Position numbers and translations under genes: made by a program. Positions 13,401-26,600 of a stretch of 64,000 nt of DNA are shown piece by piece. Each line of letters starts with the position of its first letter. Positions within the stretch are counted from its first letter, which is position 1. The stretch comes from the human T2T-CHM13v2.0 reference genome, Homo sapiens, in NCBI RefSeq assembly GCF_009914755.1, contig NC_060930.1, one strand, 5' to 3'. The notes under the pieces were generated by a model. The model did no database searches, was not told where the DNA came from, and worked only from the letters and a program-made list of their open reading frames with translations.

Positions 13401-14049
13401 TCTGATTTTCTCAATAGTTATTATTTGTACAATTTTAACTGGCAGCTCCTTATATCTGGAAATACAGAGGCATGTGGATATAGCAAGAAAGCCCATTGGC
13501 ATCATATTAAATGAGTGCATTTAGACCTGGGCTTCACATATGATTATCCAGTGAGTGAAAATTTTACAGAAATGGCTTTCTCAACACATAGCTTGTCATT
13601 GTTTTCATCATTATTGGAAAATTTGACATAATTTGTAATCTGAGAAAGAAAACCAAAATTTAGCTTGATAATCAGCGTCAAGCTGCAATAATTGTCTAAA
13701 AATCCCCAGAATTTAATTTTAACTTATTTCTGCTTCTATAATGTTTTTTTTCCAAACACTTCACCTTATAAACACTACACCCACTCAGTTTTAGAAAAGA
13801 GGGGACAGGCTATTTGAATGCATTGCTATCTTCTGCCATGTGGAAGATAAGAAGTCACTCTGGGTAATTCAGGATCCTTACTTATGTTATCAATTATTCC
13901 TTTTGTGTTTTGTTTATTCAACCTCTAACTTAAACTCAGTTTTTTCTGTTGACTCTTAACTGTGCTTCCTTCTGAGAGATAGAGATAGATACAGAAAAGA
14001 AAGAAGAGAAATCATTATGAACAAAACAAAAACTCAGGGCTTACTACCT

Positions 14050-15355
14050 TTCACTTGTCATCCTCTCTGTTCCACTTTTTGCAGCTGAATCTGTGGCCAT
14101 TTCCTCATATGTTCTCACTGCTTAGCCTGCTCACATGCAGCGTGCAGCCTTCCCTTTCCAGCAAACAGCTCTTGATGATATTACCAATGGCCTCCCTGTC
14201 ACTAACTAAATAACATTTTTTCAGTCTGTCTTACTTGCTGTATCAGCATCATTCAACACCAATTCTCACACCCTCTTTCTTGAAACATTTTCTTTCCTTG
14301 TCTTCTGGGACACAACAGCCATCTGTTTTTCCTCTGTAAATGTTTCTCCAGTGTATCCTTTTATAAGTGTATTTTTACGACCCAGCTGCTAAATCGTGGA
14401 GTTAATAAAGGCTTGCTCCTAGGCCTTCCTTTATTCACACTATCCAATGTGATCTCATCCATATATGGAGCTTCAATTACCGCTTATTAATCTATTCAAG
14501 TGGTTCCCAAAACTGTATCTCAGGCATACACTTCTTCAGATCCTAGAATCACATATATAACATTTTACTCGACAGCTCTTCTCAATAGCTAATGGCATCT
14601 CCAAAGTTAAAGTGTGAAACAAACAACTCCCGATTTTCGCATTACGCTTCCGCTCTAAAGAAACCTAGCTTGGTTTTCATTCTGTGTTTTCTAGCTCATG
14701 AATGATACCACCAATCACCTGGTTGCTGATTTAAAAACCAGAGTCACTTTTTACTCCCTATGTTCATCCTAAAACTAAGTACTACAGATTTCACCTGCTA
14801 AATATCTCTCAAATCTCTCAATCTATCCACTTGTTGTTTTTTTTTTTTATCTCCATGAAACACTCTCATCTGTTTTGGGTGGACGACTACACGGGGCCTG
14901 CTCATGAGGTTACATCTCTTATCCTTATTTCTTCGTACACTAGACTCAGTGGTCTTTTCAGAAGCAAATCGTATGATGTCAGGCTTTTCCTCTTAAATAC
15001 TTTCCCACTATCCTTAGGGTCTGTATTAGGCCTTTAAAATTATTTTAATGTCTAGAAAATCCGAATTCTAACCTCTTCCTGCTTGTTTTGTTTTGTATTT
15101 GTTTCCGTTTTTTTTTTAATCAGATCTGTGTTTTGGATGTAAAATAAGTCATTAATGTATATACTACAACAAAAAATATTGCCAATAAAACAGTAACACA
15201 AGCCTTGTTTATCACATGAATTATAAACTGCATTTCAACTTTAGAGATATAAAAATGTGAAAAAGGAATGTGGGCCATATACATGATGAGAAAATATGAT
15301 ATTTCTTCTGGTCCCCGCACTTCATCTCCTTGTCTATCTCCTTCCTCTCTCGACT
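14050..15355 (+). mobile_element. L2 internal portion, upstream of the ERV-L insertion
   Basis: accaatggcctccctgtc, ccctctttcttgaaacattttctttccttg and agtggtcttttcagaagcaaatc. The stretch at about 15060-15290 is of unclear origin. Confidence 0.7.
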
Positions 15356-15721
15356 CATCTCAGATAGGGGTCTCCAGGAAGCCTGCTCTGAAGATTTCTA
15401 TGCAGGAAATTTACTGGAGCACACTCTCAGGATTAACACCTGAGGGTGATCCTAAAAAGCAAATTTGGGTAGAGAACTATGTCTGAGATGATTCTACAAA
15501 GGACTCAGGCTGGGATGGCCCTTCTTCAGTATCTTGAATTGGACAAGAAGTCTAGACATTTATATTTCTGCATTAACCAATCATCAAATGTGAGCTGCCT
15601 GCCCATAGAGAGCAGACATGACCTTGAGTCAATTTCTAGCAAAGCAAGCAGCTGGAGAATGAGTGCTCAGTCCTGAGGTAGGACTGATGAATCTAGGTGA
15701 CACACCACAGTATCCGCTATA
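15356..15721 (-). mobile_element. ERV-L LTR (LTR33/LTR16 family), 3' LTR of the provirus
   Basis: tgcaggaaatttactggagcacactctcaggattaacacctg, gctgggatggccctt and cacagtatccgctata. A PPT-like AGGAAGTGGAC abuts it on the minus strand. Confidence 0.7.
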
Positions 15722-18700
15722 GTCCACTTCCTGCTTTATATAGTAAGTTATAGAAGAGCTGCTCCAAGATTCTACTGGTCCTCTTTTACCTGGGCATAAG
15801 TTGCAAGAAAAAGTTTAATGGGATAGACTTAAGCTCCTTTTGCTGCAGCTGGTCTCAAGACCATAACTTATACTTTCACCATTAGTCCTGAATTTCCTTC
15901 ACCCTACATTAGTACTTCTGAAAGTCTAGGTAACTTGCCAGATGAGGTGGCTCAGATCCTCATACCTGAGAAGTCTGATCCTCTTGTTACCATCCCTTTC
16001 TAGGGCCATGCCTGCTGCACTTTTCTACTTACCATTAAAATTGGGCAAGTGAGTACCAAGAAATGTCCAAGTGGATCACCTAGTTTCCAAACTAAGAATA
16101 TGATTCCTTGATCCACTGTGTAGTATCAGTTTCACCTTCTAATGATCAATATCATTTAGCCCTTCCAGGATGCAGACTTCTCTCTTTGCTTCGTAGTCTC
16201 TTAGAATGAGAAGTCCTAAGTTACTGGGCAAAACCTAGATTTTGAGATATAACGGGACACTTCTTTGTCCCTTGGTAGAAGTATGTTCTCTCTCAGAATC
16301 AAGACATGTAAATCTGTACAGCCTAGAATTATGGAGACAGGAAGCAGAAATTCCTCCAAGTGGTTCTCTAGGAATGATTGTAAGTAGGTCCATTCCTACT
16401 TTGACTCCATAGTTTCTAGACACATATATTCTACCTAGCATGGACACACAGTGCCATATACTAGTAATTGATTTCACCTGTACATTGTCATCCTTTCTGG
16501 GTATCACCTAAGATCACACTTGGATAATTGTGTCTTAAACAGGCAATTTCTTCACTATGTATAAAGCTGGAAGCTTATGAATGGTCAGTATATGATAGAG
16601 CCGTGAATCTCATGATTCACACACTTCTACCCCTCTTTTCTCTAAGATAAGTCAGTTTTTATAATATGGCTTTATGCAGAATCCTGTGTCAATGGATCAA
16701 ACACTGTAAATCTCTAGACTCTAGTTCTGCAGAGTTTCTGCAGGCAGAAAAGAATAATCCATACCATGATATATATTAATTCCAATCAAGAGAAATGTGG
16801 TAGTTTAAAATGTATCCAAAAATTCCTTAACAGTCCTTCACCAAAAAGTGGACTTTAATATACTTTCTCTTGAATATGGTATAGCTTTAGTCATCTGCTT
16901 TTAGTGACACTGGCAGGAGTGAAGTTACGTGACTTACAAAGCTAGATTAGAAAAGGTGATCCAGTTCTCGCCTGGCTCTACCTTGCATTTGGGACACATG
17001 TCTTTAGAGTCCACCACTATGCTCTGAAAAGGTCCACATGGAGGAGTTTACCCACAGACTCAGCTGAAGTTCCAGCTGAGAGCCAGTATCTATTTCCAGC
17101 CATGTGATTGAGCAAGTACACTTTCAGATGATTCTATTCCCCAGCCTTTGAGCTGCTCTGGCTTATGTGCAGTGAAGCAGAGAAGTGTTGCTGATTTATG
17201 AGCAAAGCAAGTGTTGTCATTTTAAGCCACTAGAGATGGTTTTCTGTGCAGCGATAAATAAACAAAACATAGAATTACTACCCCTTCTAGGTGGAAGGGG
17301 TTTAATATAGTCAACTTTCCACCATATCTGTGGCATGTTCCTTCAAGGGATAGTGCTATATTGGGTGCTAAGTATTTTCTATTCTAGCAGGTTGAATAGT
17401 TGATGAGGGCAGTAACTAGATAATTTTTGTAAATGGGCCCATGTACATTTACATACACATAAGACTAGCACTTGGGCTGATGCTGAGTCTTCTGTCGTGT
17501 TGGCAGGTGCTTCTTGTGCATGTTAGATCAATATGAAGATTTTAAATATAGTGCCTATTCTCATATAGTCATTAACATGCCACCAATCCAGACCTCCTTA
17601 TCCCTCATCATTCAACTCTTCCCCTTCCAGATCCATAATCAACCAGCTAAGCCCTTTGCCACTGTCTGTGAGTCAGTCTAAGTTCTACCTAAGGCCACTT
17701 TTATTTCCAAACAAAGTGGACAACCAGATGCATGACATGATAACCATTGGAGAATTGAAGATATGTTAACCATTGGAGAATTGCACCTCCCCACTAAATT
17801 TTCCAGTCACCCTTCAGCAGAGCTGTAAAGTCATCAATGCCCTTTTTTTCTTTTTCTTATGTCCATGTAGTAAGCTGATTGATGCATGGCCCAAGCTTGA
17901 ACGTTTTCTTCTTCTGCCAGCTAGTTATAAAGGACCTCCCTCCCATTCAGCCATATGAATTGAGAGCCATATGAATTGCAATAATGGTGGATGGCATGGG
18001 GGTCTAAGACACCGGCTCCTGCATCTTATTTGGAACCCCTGGTCTGGCTTATGCCCAATCCCTGAAATACCATTTCTGTGTTACATTAGATTGTTACTGG
18101 GTACACCTGAATTATGACGCAGTAGTTCTGATAGACACTAGATTATAATGGGTAGTTCTGACATAGTGACCTCTACCCTATGTTCAGTCACTTCATCTTT
18201 TCCAAATCCCAGTAGCATGCCAGAAGCTCTATGTTGGCATGGTCTTGCAGATAGTATGGTTTTGCTCCAGGATCATACAGTCTATGTTATGATTCTTCTT
18301 TTTGGATTTTACATAAACTACCATTAGGCTTGCTCATCAAAGATGTTTCTGGCATCATAATATTTTCTGGGTTGTTTGTCCCAAGGAGCAGGGCCACTTA
18401 TACCACAGCCTAGTTCTGTTTTAGACTCTGCTCAAAGCTGACAGCTCTTCATGTCATGCGGTAAATGAGTTTGAGCAGTATTCTCAAGTATGGAACTTGC
18501 TATGCTCAGAAGATTATGTAGCCTATAAGGTATTGTTTGCTTTTCTTGGTAATGACAGTTGCAAGATGCAATAATTTGCTTTTTACTTTAAGGAAGTGTT
18601 TCATGATGTCAGAGACCATTAGACCCCTACACGCTTCACTCATGTGTGGGGCTCCTCAATTTTTATTGGGTTTTTCTCCTATCCTCCCACATGTGTCTTC

Positions 18701-19295
18701 TCAAGCCTCCAATTCATTTGCTACTTTTGCTCTTCTGTTTCAATTAGCGGGATGTTATTGATATGGTTCCATCAATATAGTGAACAAAGATGATATTCTC
18801 CGAGGTGTCCAGACAATCAGTTCCCTTCAGACTATATTTTGACATAAGAAAAAATAATTAACAGTATATTGGAGTAAGGCAATAAATATTTACTGTTTCT
18901 GATCGCATATGACATCCAGAGGCAGTACTAATCTGCTCTAGCAAAGATGCCATGTCTGGTATAGTGGTTGCAATTAGAGATAACACTTGTTTGTTTGAGT
19001 CTTCAGTAGTTTACTGTCATTGACCAACATTCTATCTGGCCTTAGTATGACCCAAACCTGCAAGTTATAGGGGGTAGCATAGGACCATTATAAGGGTGGC
19101 TTTAATCTCTGCTATTCCTTACAGGGTGAGATACTGATTTTACTGTCTTGACAGGGTCTAATATTTGGACTTCCTCATTACAGTAGTTCTTACCCCACAC
19201 ATCAGGAAACGTGTCATAAATTTGTAACTATAAAGTATATCCATTCCACTATACAGTCATGACTAGGTAAATGATCATAGCTGTGAGCACTTCCC
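15722..19295 (-). mobile_element. Decayed ERV-L internal region (pro-RT-RNaseH-IN-dUTPase; HERV16/ERV3-16A3-like)
   Basis: Minus-strand peptides: WWKVDYIKPLP at 17292-17324 (cf. ERV-L integrase WWQVDYIGPLP), VHYIDG at 18768-18785 (YIDD relic), QVLSLIATTIPDMASLLEQI at about 18930-18990, and RIYVSRNYGVKVG-LTIIP near the IN/dUTPase junction. Confidence 0.85.
16796..17269 (+). mobile_element. MLT1 (G/H-like) solo LTR nested in the ERV-L integrase region
   Basis: TG...CA termini with internal cagatgattctattccccagcctttgag and ttttaagccacta. Confidence 0.8.
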
Positions 19296-19630
19296 TTACA
19301 AGATCTTTGCAGACACTGTTTCTTCTCCAAAATGCTGTTCATTTTCTTCTTTGTGTTCTTAACTCTTATCTATCCTTTCAATCTCGTATATCTGAGAGAC
19401 ATTCCTGACTATATGAATTCCCACTTCATATACTCTTATATGACCTGTAACTCTCCTTTTTAGTATATAGCAGAGTTTTGGTTTTATAATCATTTGCATG
19501 AATATTTAAGTAATATTTATTTTACTGACTAAGCTGCAAGCTTCATGAAATAAAGGGAGGATTTTGTATTTACATCATCTACCATAGCACCTGGCATGCA
19601 GTAGGAATAAAAGTTATTGTTGATAAATTA
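19296..19630 (+). mobile_element. L2 3' end, continuation after the ERV-L
   Basis: ctttgcagacactgtt, gctgcaagcttcatga and tagcacctggcatgcagtagg. Confidence 0.65.
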
Positions 19631-20364
19631 TTGATTCGATAGTTGATATAGAATAAAGGTGAATACATTAATGAATTATGGAATGTACTAGAATTTGGAT
19701 TAGAAAATTGATAGAAAATCTCAAATTCTATCTTATAAAAATAGATTCTTAGGACCCTTACAACTTCAAAAAAATGTTTATTAGTATCTGGCACATAGTA
19801 TAAATTATGTAAATAGTTTTGACTGAATGAATGTATGGCACACAGATTTGATTCTACATATTTTATCCAGACTCATGTTTAACTAGCTTGAGTAGCTCAA
19901 AACCATTTTAAATTCCTAACTGGGATGGTTGTACCGTAATGGTTGTTGCTTTCAATATGCCTTTAAACATAAGACACGCATATAACAACATTTTAGAGAA
20001 ATAGGAGTAACCGTATTATATATACTGTTAAATCATTCATTAAGTCAATGTGTTTACTTTTGTTCAATTTTACATATTCTCAACTACAAAACTTTTCTAG
20101 TATTAAATATATTCTTGAATTAGGCTTTTATTCTGTGTGACATTTTATATTATGTAACATGTTAGAGCATATTAAATATAAGAACATGAATTTCTATCTC
20201 CTGATCTTTTTTTATGTCCCTATAGAATTCCAAACACAAAAATTACAAAAAAGAAGTAATTTCTCATTGAGAGAAATGTCTGATTCAAGGAGCTTTTTTG
20301 AAATTTAAGAAATTGAATTTTAAGAAATTTCTTATTAGGAATGAATCTCATGAATGCTTTTAAA

Positions 20365-20815
20365 TATTGCTGAAGGATGTATGTACAGAATTTAGAATAT
20401 ACAATTATTTGGAAGCAAAAAAATGGAAAATCTGCAACTCTTCATCAAAAGGAATTGTTAAAAAAAACAAATAATACATGCATGCAATGGAATACATACC
20501 TCAAAATGCAGACTACGAGGTCATTAGAAAGAATACAGTGGATATATGAGTTTTAATAACGAAACCTCTGCAAGGATGTCTTTAAGTTTAAAAAGTCTTT
20601 AAGTAAAAAAGGAAAGTATAGAGCAACTCTATGTAGAATGGTATCTTCTGTGCAAATAAAACTTTCTGAAAAGATACACAAAAAATTGTTAATACTTCCT
20701 AAGGAAAGGATTAGAAGGTGGAGGAAAAGTATATCATTCACTTTTTGGTTTTTGCTCTTCTTTGCTATTTGAGGTTTTATGTTGTCCCTATATTACTTTT
20801 ATCATAAAAATTAAT
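20365..20815 (+). mobile_element. Ancient L1 (L1ME-type) 3' remnant
   Basis: catgcaatggaatac, cattagaaagaat and ctgaaaagatacacaaaaaattgttaata. Confidence 0.55.
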
Positions 20816-21125
20816 TTGAAAAATACTTTTTATTATTATATCACTTTATGAAATAAAAACTTTAAACATCCCTGTATTTGTTAAGGGTTGAAATTTTGTA
20901 TTGTTGTCTAAATTGCATTTTATTGTACATTTTATTTCTCAGGTCATTTAATATTTGATTTCCTCTGGAAGACAAAAAAAATTCAAAATAATCAATAAGA
21001 CTTCACACTGTTTTATTATTGAAAATGTGATCAATTTTTTTTCCTCACAGTTATCATGCCACTGTTGGATCAGGTTTCAAAATGTCATGTAACAACACTT
21101 TGTTTGTGATTAACACCTCTAATCT

Positions 21126-21139
21126 TTTGTCATGGCAAC
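21126..21139. promoter_or_regulatory. RFX X-box-like motif
   Basis: TTTGTCATGGCAAC matches GTTGCCATGGCAAC at 12 of 14 positions and lies in repeat-free sequence. Confidence 0.3.
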
Positions 21140-21816
21140 AATGATATAATAAATGCTGAAGGAAGCGTTGACTGAAAACCATGTATTACTGCCAAGTGTT
21201 GGGACATTAAAAGGGAAAAGAGAGGAAAAAAGAAAAAAACAAAAATGAAAACGAAACAAAACAAAACAAAAAAAACAGACACTGCTGCCCAGGCTTGGCA
21301 TGTCATTAAGGATGCTATGTGACCTCTTCACTGCCTTTGCTAAAAACATACGTGAGATTGCCAGTGGTTCATTCATCTGGCTAATTCTATGTATATATAG
21401 TACATATTTGTTTTGTAAAGTTCATCAAAATCAAAATAAACAAAGTCATTTTCATTCAATTTGTGTGCCTTCAAAATGGGGGAGCGGGAATCCCTGTGCA
21501 ATGTAATTCTTTACTTATTTGCAGAACAACGGCAGAACATTGGTCTTGTTGGCTGTCTTACTCTGCCAGGAGTCCTGTTCACCAAGGCATGGCAAGACCA
21601 ACATCCTGTTTATTATTTTACTCTCATTATGTTGAAAGCAAACACTACATTATTGCTTTTGTTCCTCCATATTGCTTCTATAAGAGTGTCACATATACAA
21701 GAAACATTTGAAATATTTCTATTGGTCATGCTAGTTTAGGAATTTAGAACCACTTTGAAATGGGTAAAGCTCAAGCCTCTCTCCACAAAACTTTATAATT
21801 GCAAAATATATAAGTT

Positions 21817-22114
21817 TTTTGTTTGTTTGTTTGAGACAGGGTCTTGCTCTGTTGCCCAGGCTGGAGTGCAGTGACGTGATCTCAGCTCACCACAGCCTCG
21901 AATTCCTGGGCTCAAGTGATCCTCCCACCTCAGCTTCCAGGGTAGCTAAAACCACAGCCATGTGCTACCACACCTGGCTAATTTTTGTATTTTTGATAGA
22001 GACGGGGTTTTGCCACATTGCCCAGGCTGGTCTTGAACTTTTGACCTGGAGCAATCCTGCCACCTTGTCCTCCCAAAGTGCTGGAATTACAGGCATCAGC
22101 CGTCACACCTGACA
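21817..22114 (-). mobile_element. AluJ
   Basis: gagacagggtcttgctctg and ctgggctcaagtgatcctccc. 14-bp TSD AAAATATA(T/C)AAGTT at 21803-21816 and 22115-22128. Confidence 0.92.
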
Positions 22115-22287
22115 AAAATATACAAGTTATATAAAATTATATAAAACGTCAGATGATATATATGCTTGTATTCTATGGGAAATGGGGTCTCTATGAAACG
22201 TGGCATCTCATTACTATGTATGTGATAATATCCAAACTCCTTTGTAGGTATATACAGCTCTTGTTTATCTAACTTACACCAATTTTC

Positions 22288-22506
22288 CAGTGACTTTCCA
22301 ACCAGGAAAGATTCTGTCCACAAGGGGACATTTCACAAGGTCTGGAGACATTTTTATTAACACATTATGATGATGGTGGTGGGAGCATGTATCTAGTGGG
22401 TGAACAGCACGGATGCTGCTATACATCCTACAATGCACAGGACAGCCCCAACAACAAAGAATAATTAAGTCCAGCATGTCAGTAGTGCCAAGGTTGAGAT
22501 ACCCTG
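22288..22506 (+). mobile_element. MER20 (hAT-Charlie MITE), full length
   Basis: ggatgctgctatacatcctacaatgcacaggacagcccc and gtgccaaggttgagataccctg. Confidence 0.9.
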
Positions 22507-22639
22507 GATGGCTTTTTTCTACTGCCACTTTCCAAATCTTATTCAGCTTCTTCTACACATTAAACCTCTTGTCATTTCCATTCTCTCTACAATGCCCTTC
22601 CTCTTTGACCACATAATCACTCATGTTTGACGTATTTCC

Positions 22640-22826
22640 TTTTGGGTAACTATTCATCAGTGTTTGCATAGAACTCTGCTGAGAATGCCCCCGTTGTAAT
22701 ATTATGATGTTTACTAGCATATATATCCTGCCCACCAGACCTTAAGCTCCTTCAGGGCTTCTGAAATGCTAGTGCCTGGTAGTCAGTAGCCACTAAATAA
22801 TATTTGTTGAATGCTAACTGAATAAA
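22640..22826 (+). mobile_element. L2 3' terminal fragment
   Basis: taagctccttcagggc, tagtgcctgg and aatatttgttgaatg. Confidence 0.6.
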
Positions 22827-23519
22827 AATAAATTTTTAAGGTTAAAATATATTTAAGTTTTGTTTGATGTTTTCATGAAAGAAGGATGGAAATGCCTTAA
22901 CCAGTTATTCTTGTAATTAATCCAGGAGGTTGGCTATGATGAAACTAGGAGGAAATGACCTATTATAGGAAATAAAATTTCGGTCACAACAAAGGAATAC
23001 TCTGCTTGGAAGTTAAATCAGGCCTTATGCAGTTGCAGGTGCTTTCATTATGCAGAAGATGTAAAATACAGTGATTGAACGGCACTTTCTTAGCAGAGAG
23101 ATGATACAAGAACAGGTCATAGAATCTTAATTGACTTCAGCTATTTCAAGCATTCTGCTATCCTGTAATCATTTTAGCCTGACTTCTGCATAATTGCATC
23201 CCATCTCTGCAGGGCATAGTAACCGTGGAAGCTTCTCCAGGACTGAAAGTTTTTAAATGCTGGTGAGTTTGTGGAGGTGCAACTGAAACTCATTCTCTCC
23301 ACTCCTCACCCTGTGGCACATATTAACACGATGGCCCTCTGTCTTCACCTTTCTCTGTGAAGTGCTGTCACTCCTTCAAGTCATTAGGTTGCCCTTTGCA
23401 CTAGAGTAAATTCCATCGTATGATGTGTGAAGGGATACAGTATGTATCCCTTAAGTATGGTGTCTCCAGTTTCTCTAGAGCATGGATGTATTTTCAGTTT
23501 CCCCTGCAATGCTGCATAC

Positions 23520-23695
23520 ATTGGACTTAACATAACATGTGGTCTGAGTTCAGGCTCTGCTGTTTGTCAACTAAATGGCGCTATGCATATTACTTATTAT
23601 CTTGGGTTTCAGTTTCTTTACCTGTAAAATGAAGCATTGGAATAAATTATCTCTAAGGACACTCATGGGATGAATCTCCTTTAATTCTATGATTA
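23520..23695 (+). mobile_element. MIR3/MIRc remnant
   Basis: tcagtttctttacctgtaaaatgaagcattggaataaattatctctaagg. Confidence 0.7.
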
Positions 23696-26600
23696 CTATT
23701 GATTAAGGAAATCTCTGCTCATTATCTTCTATGTGCACATAAGGGATTTTATCGTGGCATGACCCTCAGCCTACTTGATGTTTAAACAACTTGCCATCAG
23801 ACATTACTGAGAACTTTACTAATTTAAGTCTACTCAAATGAATTTGCATTGAAATTGTGACCAAGACCAAGAGAGACTTGTCAATTCCCTTCAATAATCA
23901 AACAATAAATGCTTTTCCTTAATTTGGAAGCAGCTTCCTGCTTCTTGCCCTATCTCTAGCCTCTACAATCCATATTCAGGGGACTGGCTAACAGAGAGAC
24001 ACTGCTGTCCATTGTCTGGCTAGCTAATAAATCCAATCTCCCTATGAGCCTGTTGTGAACTTTGGTTATACTTCCACAGGATAGGGTCAAGAGACACTAA
24101 CCTTAATGAATAGAAAGCTACACATTTCCTGTATTGGGATTTTTTAGTGCATTATGAACCATTTAGTCTTTTCTGGCAGCCTACACTTAAGGAAACATGA
24201 ATTCTGGGAACAGGAATGGAGCTTCTAAGCATAGATTCTAACCTGAGGTTATTTTTGTTAAATGTCAGCTAATTCTGCCTATGTATAGTGAATAGAATTC
24301 ATGATTAGAATTTAAATTATCAGTTCCTGTTCCTACCTGCTCTGATAATTGGCCTCATAAAGATAATTGATAGCTTATGCCTAAACTCATGCCTGGTCAA
24401 GCCTTCTCCTTCTATGTACGAAACCACTTTTAAGGGACAAGGAATTGTTAATTAAATAACATCATAAGTAAGTGAAAATATATACATAATGTTACCTTAA
24501 TGACTATGCTCCATAAATTTCAAAGGCAGCCACACAAACATATAGAGAATTCTCTTAATGAATATTTTCACATTTAGGTTAAGCCTACTAAGATTCTCAT
24601 AGGAAGTCAGATAAGCGACCTAGTTTTAATATGAAAAATATTTCAATGTATTTTAATGGTAATCTGTATATAATGTAGTTATCTACCTAAGGTGTGTTTT
24701 AATTTTTTTTTCCTAAAATAGACCTTAATCTGACATCAATATTTTTATGTTCCTATAATGGCTGCATTTGGGGAAAGAACTATTGGAGACATAAAGCAAT
24801 ATCTAAATAGGAATGGACAGGCATCCACAGGGGCAAAAACATGCACCAGCCTGAGCTCAGGATACCTTTCAAATGTAACCAGCCAACACTGTTAATAAGT
24901 AGAAGCAGTGGAGAACCATGCAGTATTCCTACACACAACACAAAATAGAGGTAAGTGACAAACCTACAGATTGAAAGGTCAACAGGCTATCTTTTAGGTC
25001 AGGCAAAGGATGCATACAATTAGTGCTGAGGAAGATTAAGTATCTGAGGCTAGGACAATAACATCCACATTTAGACCTTCTTGTAATTAATCCTTCAGTT
25101 TGAAGACAATTTTACGTGCATACACACACATACACACACACACATACAAATATATACATTCACACACACACCCACATGTCAAATTTCAAAGTTTTGAGTC
25201 ATTATAAAGTTTTTTTGAAGGCATTTAGTATAATGTAACTGAAATAACTGTTGGCATAGTCGTGATGGTTTGGAATACTTATATGACCAAAGGGGTGGAG
25301 CTGTAGCTCATATCAAGAAATGCTAATTAGATTTGGACTATAAATTGTTCCTATCAGCCACATTGACCATACAGCTGTGACTTTTCGGTTAGGCTGTTTT
25401 ATTTGGTTTATTTTTTGTCCAGGACAGCCAAAGAATGAAGTAATTTTAATTGCATAAATTTGACTTTCAATGGATGCAGTCACTAAATACTCATCTCCAG
25501 AATGAAGCTTTAGCTTGCAAAGCTAAATATAAATTTCCTTATAACTGAAGAGAAAATATGCATCTTGAAATGGGACAAAACAAAGATATTTTCCAATATT
25601 AACTGCACAGTCAGTATTGTTTTCATCCTTTCGTGTTTATCCCCATTATCACATTTCTCAAAATGTGACATTTAGTTTTTATGATCCATCAAACCAACTA
25701 TTTGGAAGACTACCAAATATTAACAGAATAAATTCAAGACAATTGTTTTTCTGTTTCATCTTCTGTCCAATAGAAAACCTTAGAATGTATGTGTACATGT
25801 ATCTATATTTACATATGTCTTCTGTTAGCAATTTACCATTCTTAAAGTTTTGCTTATTTTAATCTGAAAACTCCCTTCTTATATGTGCATGTATGATAAA
25901 TTTTTGATATTCAAGTATTTATAATTAAAAGTATTATTCTGAACATTAATAATCCAAATCAACACTGCCATAATAATACTGTTTTTTATTAATAATGTAA
26001 GCCTACAGTTATAATTTTAACTCTCAATTTTGTACAGATGGTGATTTTTGTATCAAAAATATATTCTTAACAATAGAAATTGAAAGAAAAGATACTTCCA
26101 TTTAATAGACTCTGCATATCCTGATAAGAATATTAATTGATTCTGAGATTGGAAAAGCATTTAAATACAGTGAAAATACTAAGTTATAAATTAACTGTTC
26201 ATATTTGAACCTGAGATTGTTAGATAATTGAACATTTCTTTTACCAAGCATAATTTTAATTTAATTTTGACCCAAATAACTACATTTCCACTCAAGGAAT
26301 AGTTTTCTTTTCCTTTTTTTAAAAATTTGAACTCCACTATTTTCTCACCTCTATAGAGTTTAAAAATTTAAACAAATATAATCCAAATTGCTTAAGCTAC
26401 CTAGGGAAGATAATGTAAAAGTCAGTAATAATGCATAAGGACTATTTAACCCAGCTATGCAGTAATGCAAAAAATATGACTAAAACATGCATCAATGAAA
26501 CCAGAAATAGAAAGAATCAGTTAAAATAATGGAACCTTTTAGCCCAAGCACACTATCTGTAAAGTAATTTTATCATGATTATTCTAGGTCCCTCCACCTG

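Noticed and set aside
24948-24957. Consensus donor GAG|GTAAGT
   Set aside because: I found no convincing upstream acceptor, and isolated donors are frequent by chance.
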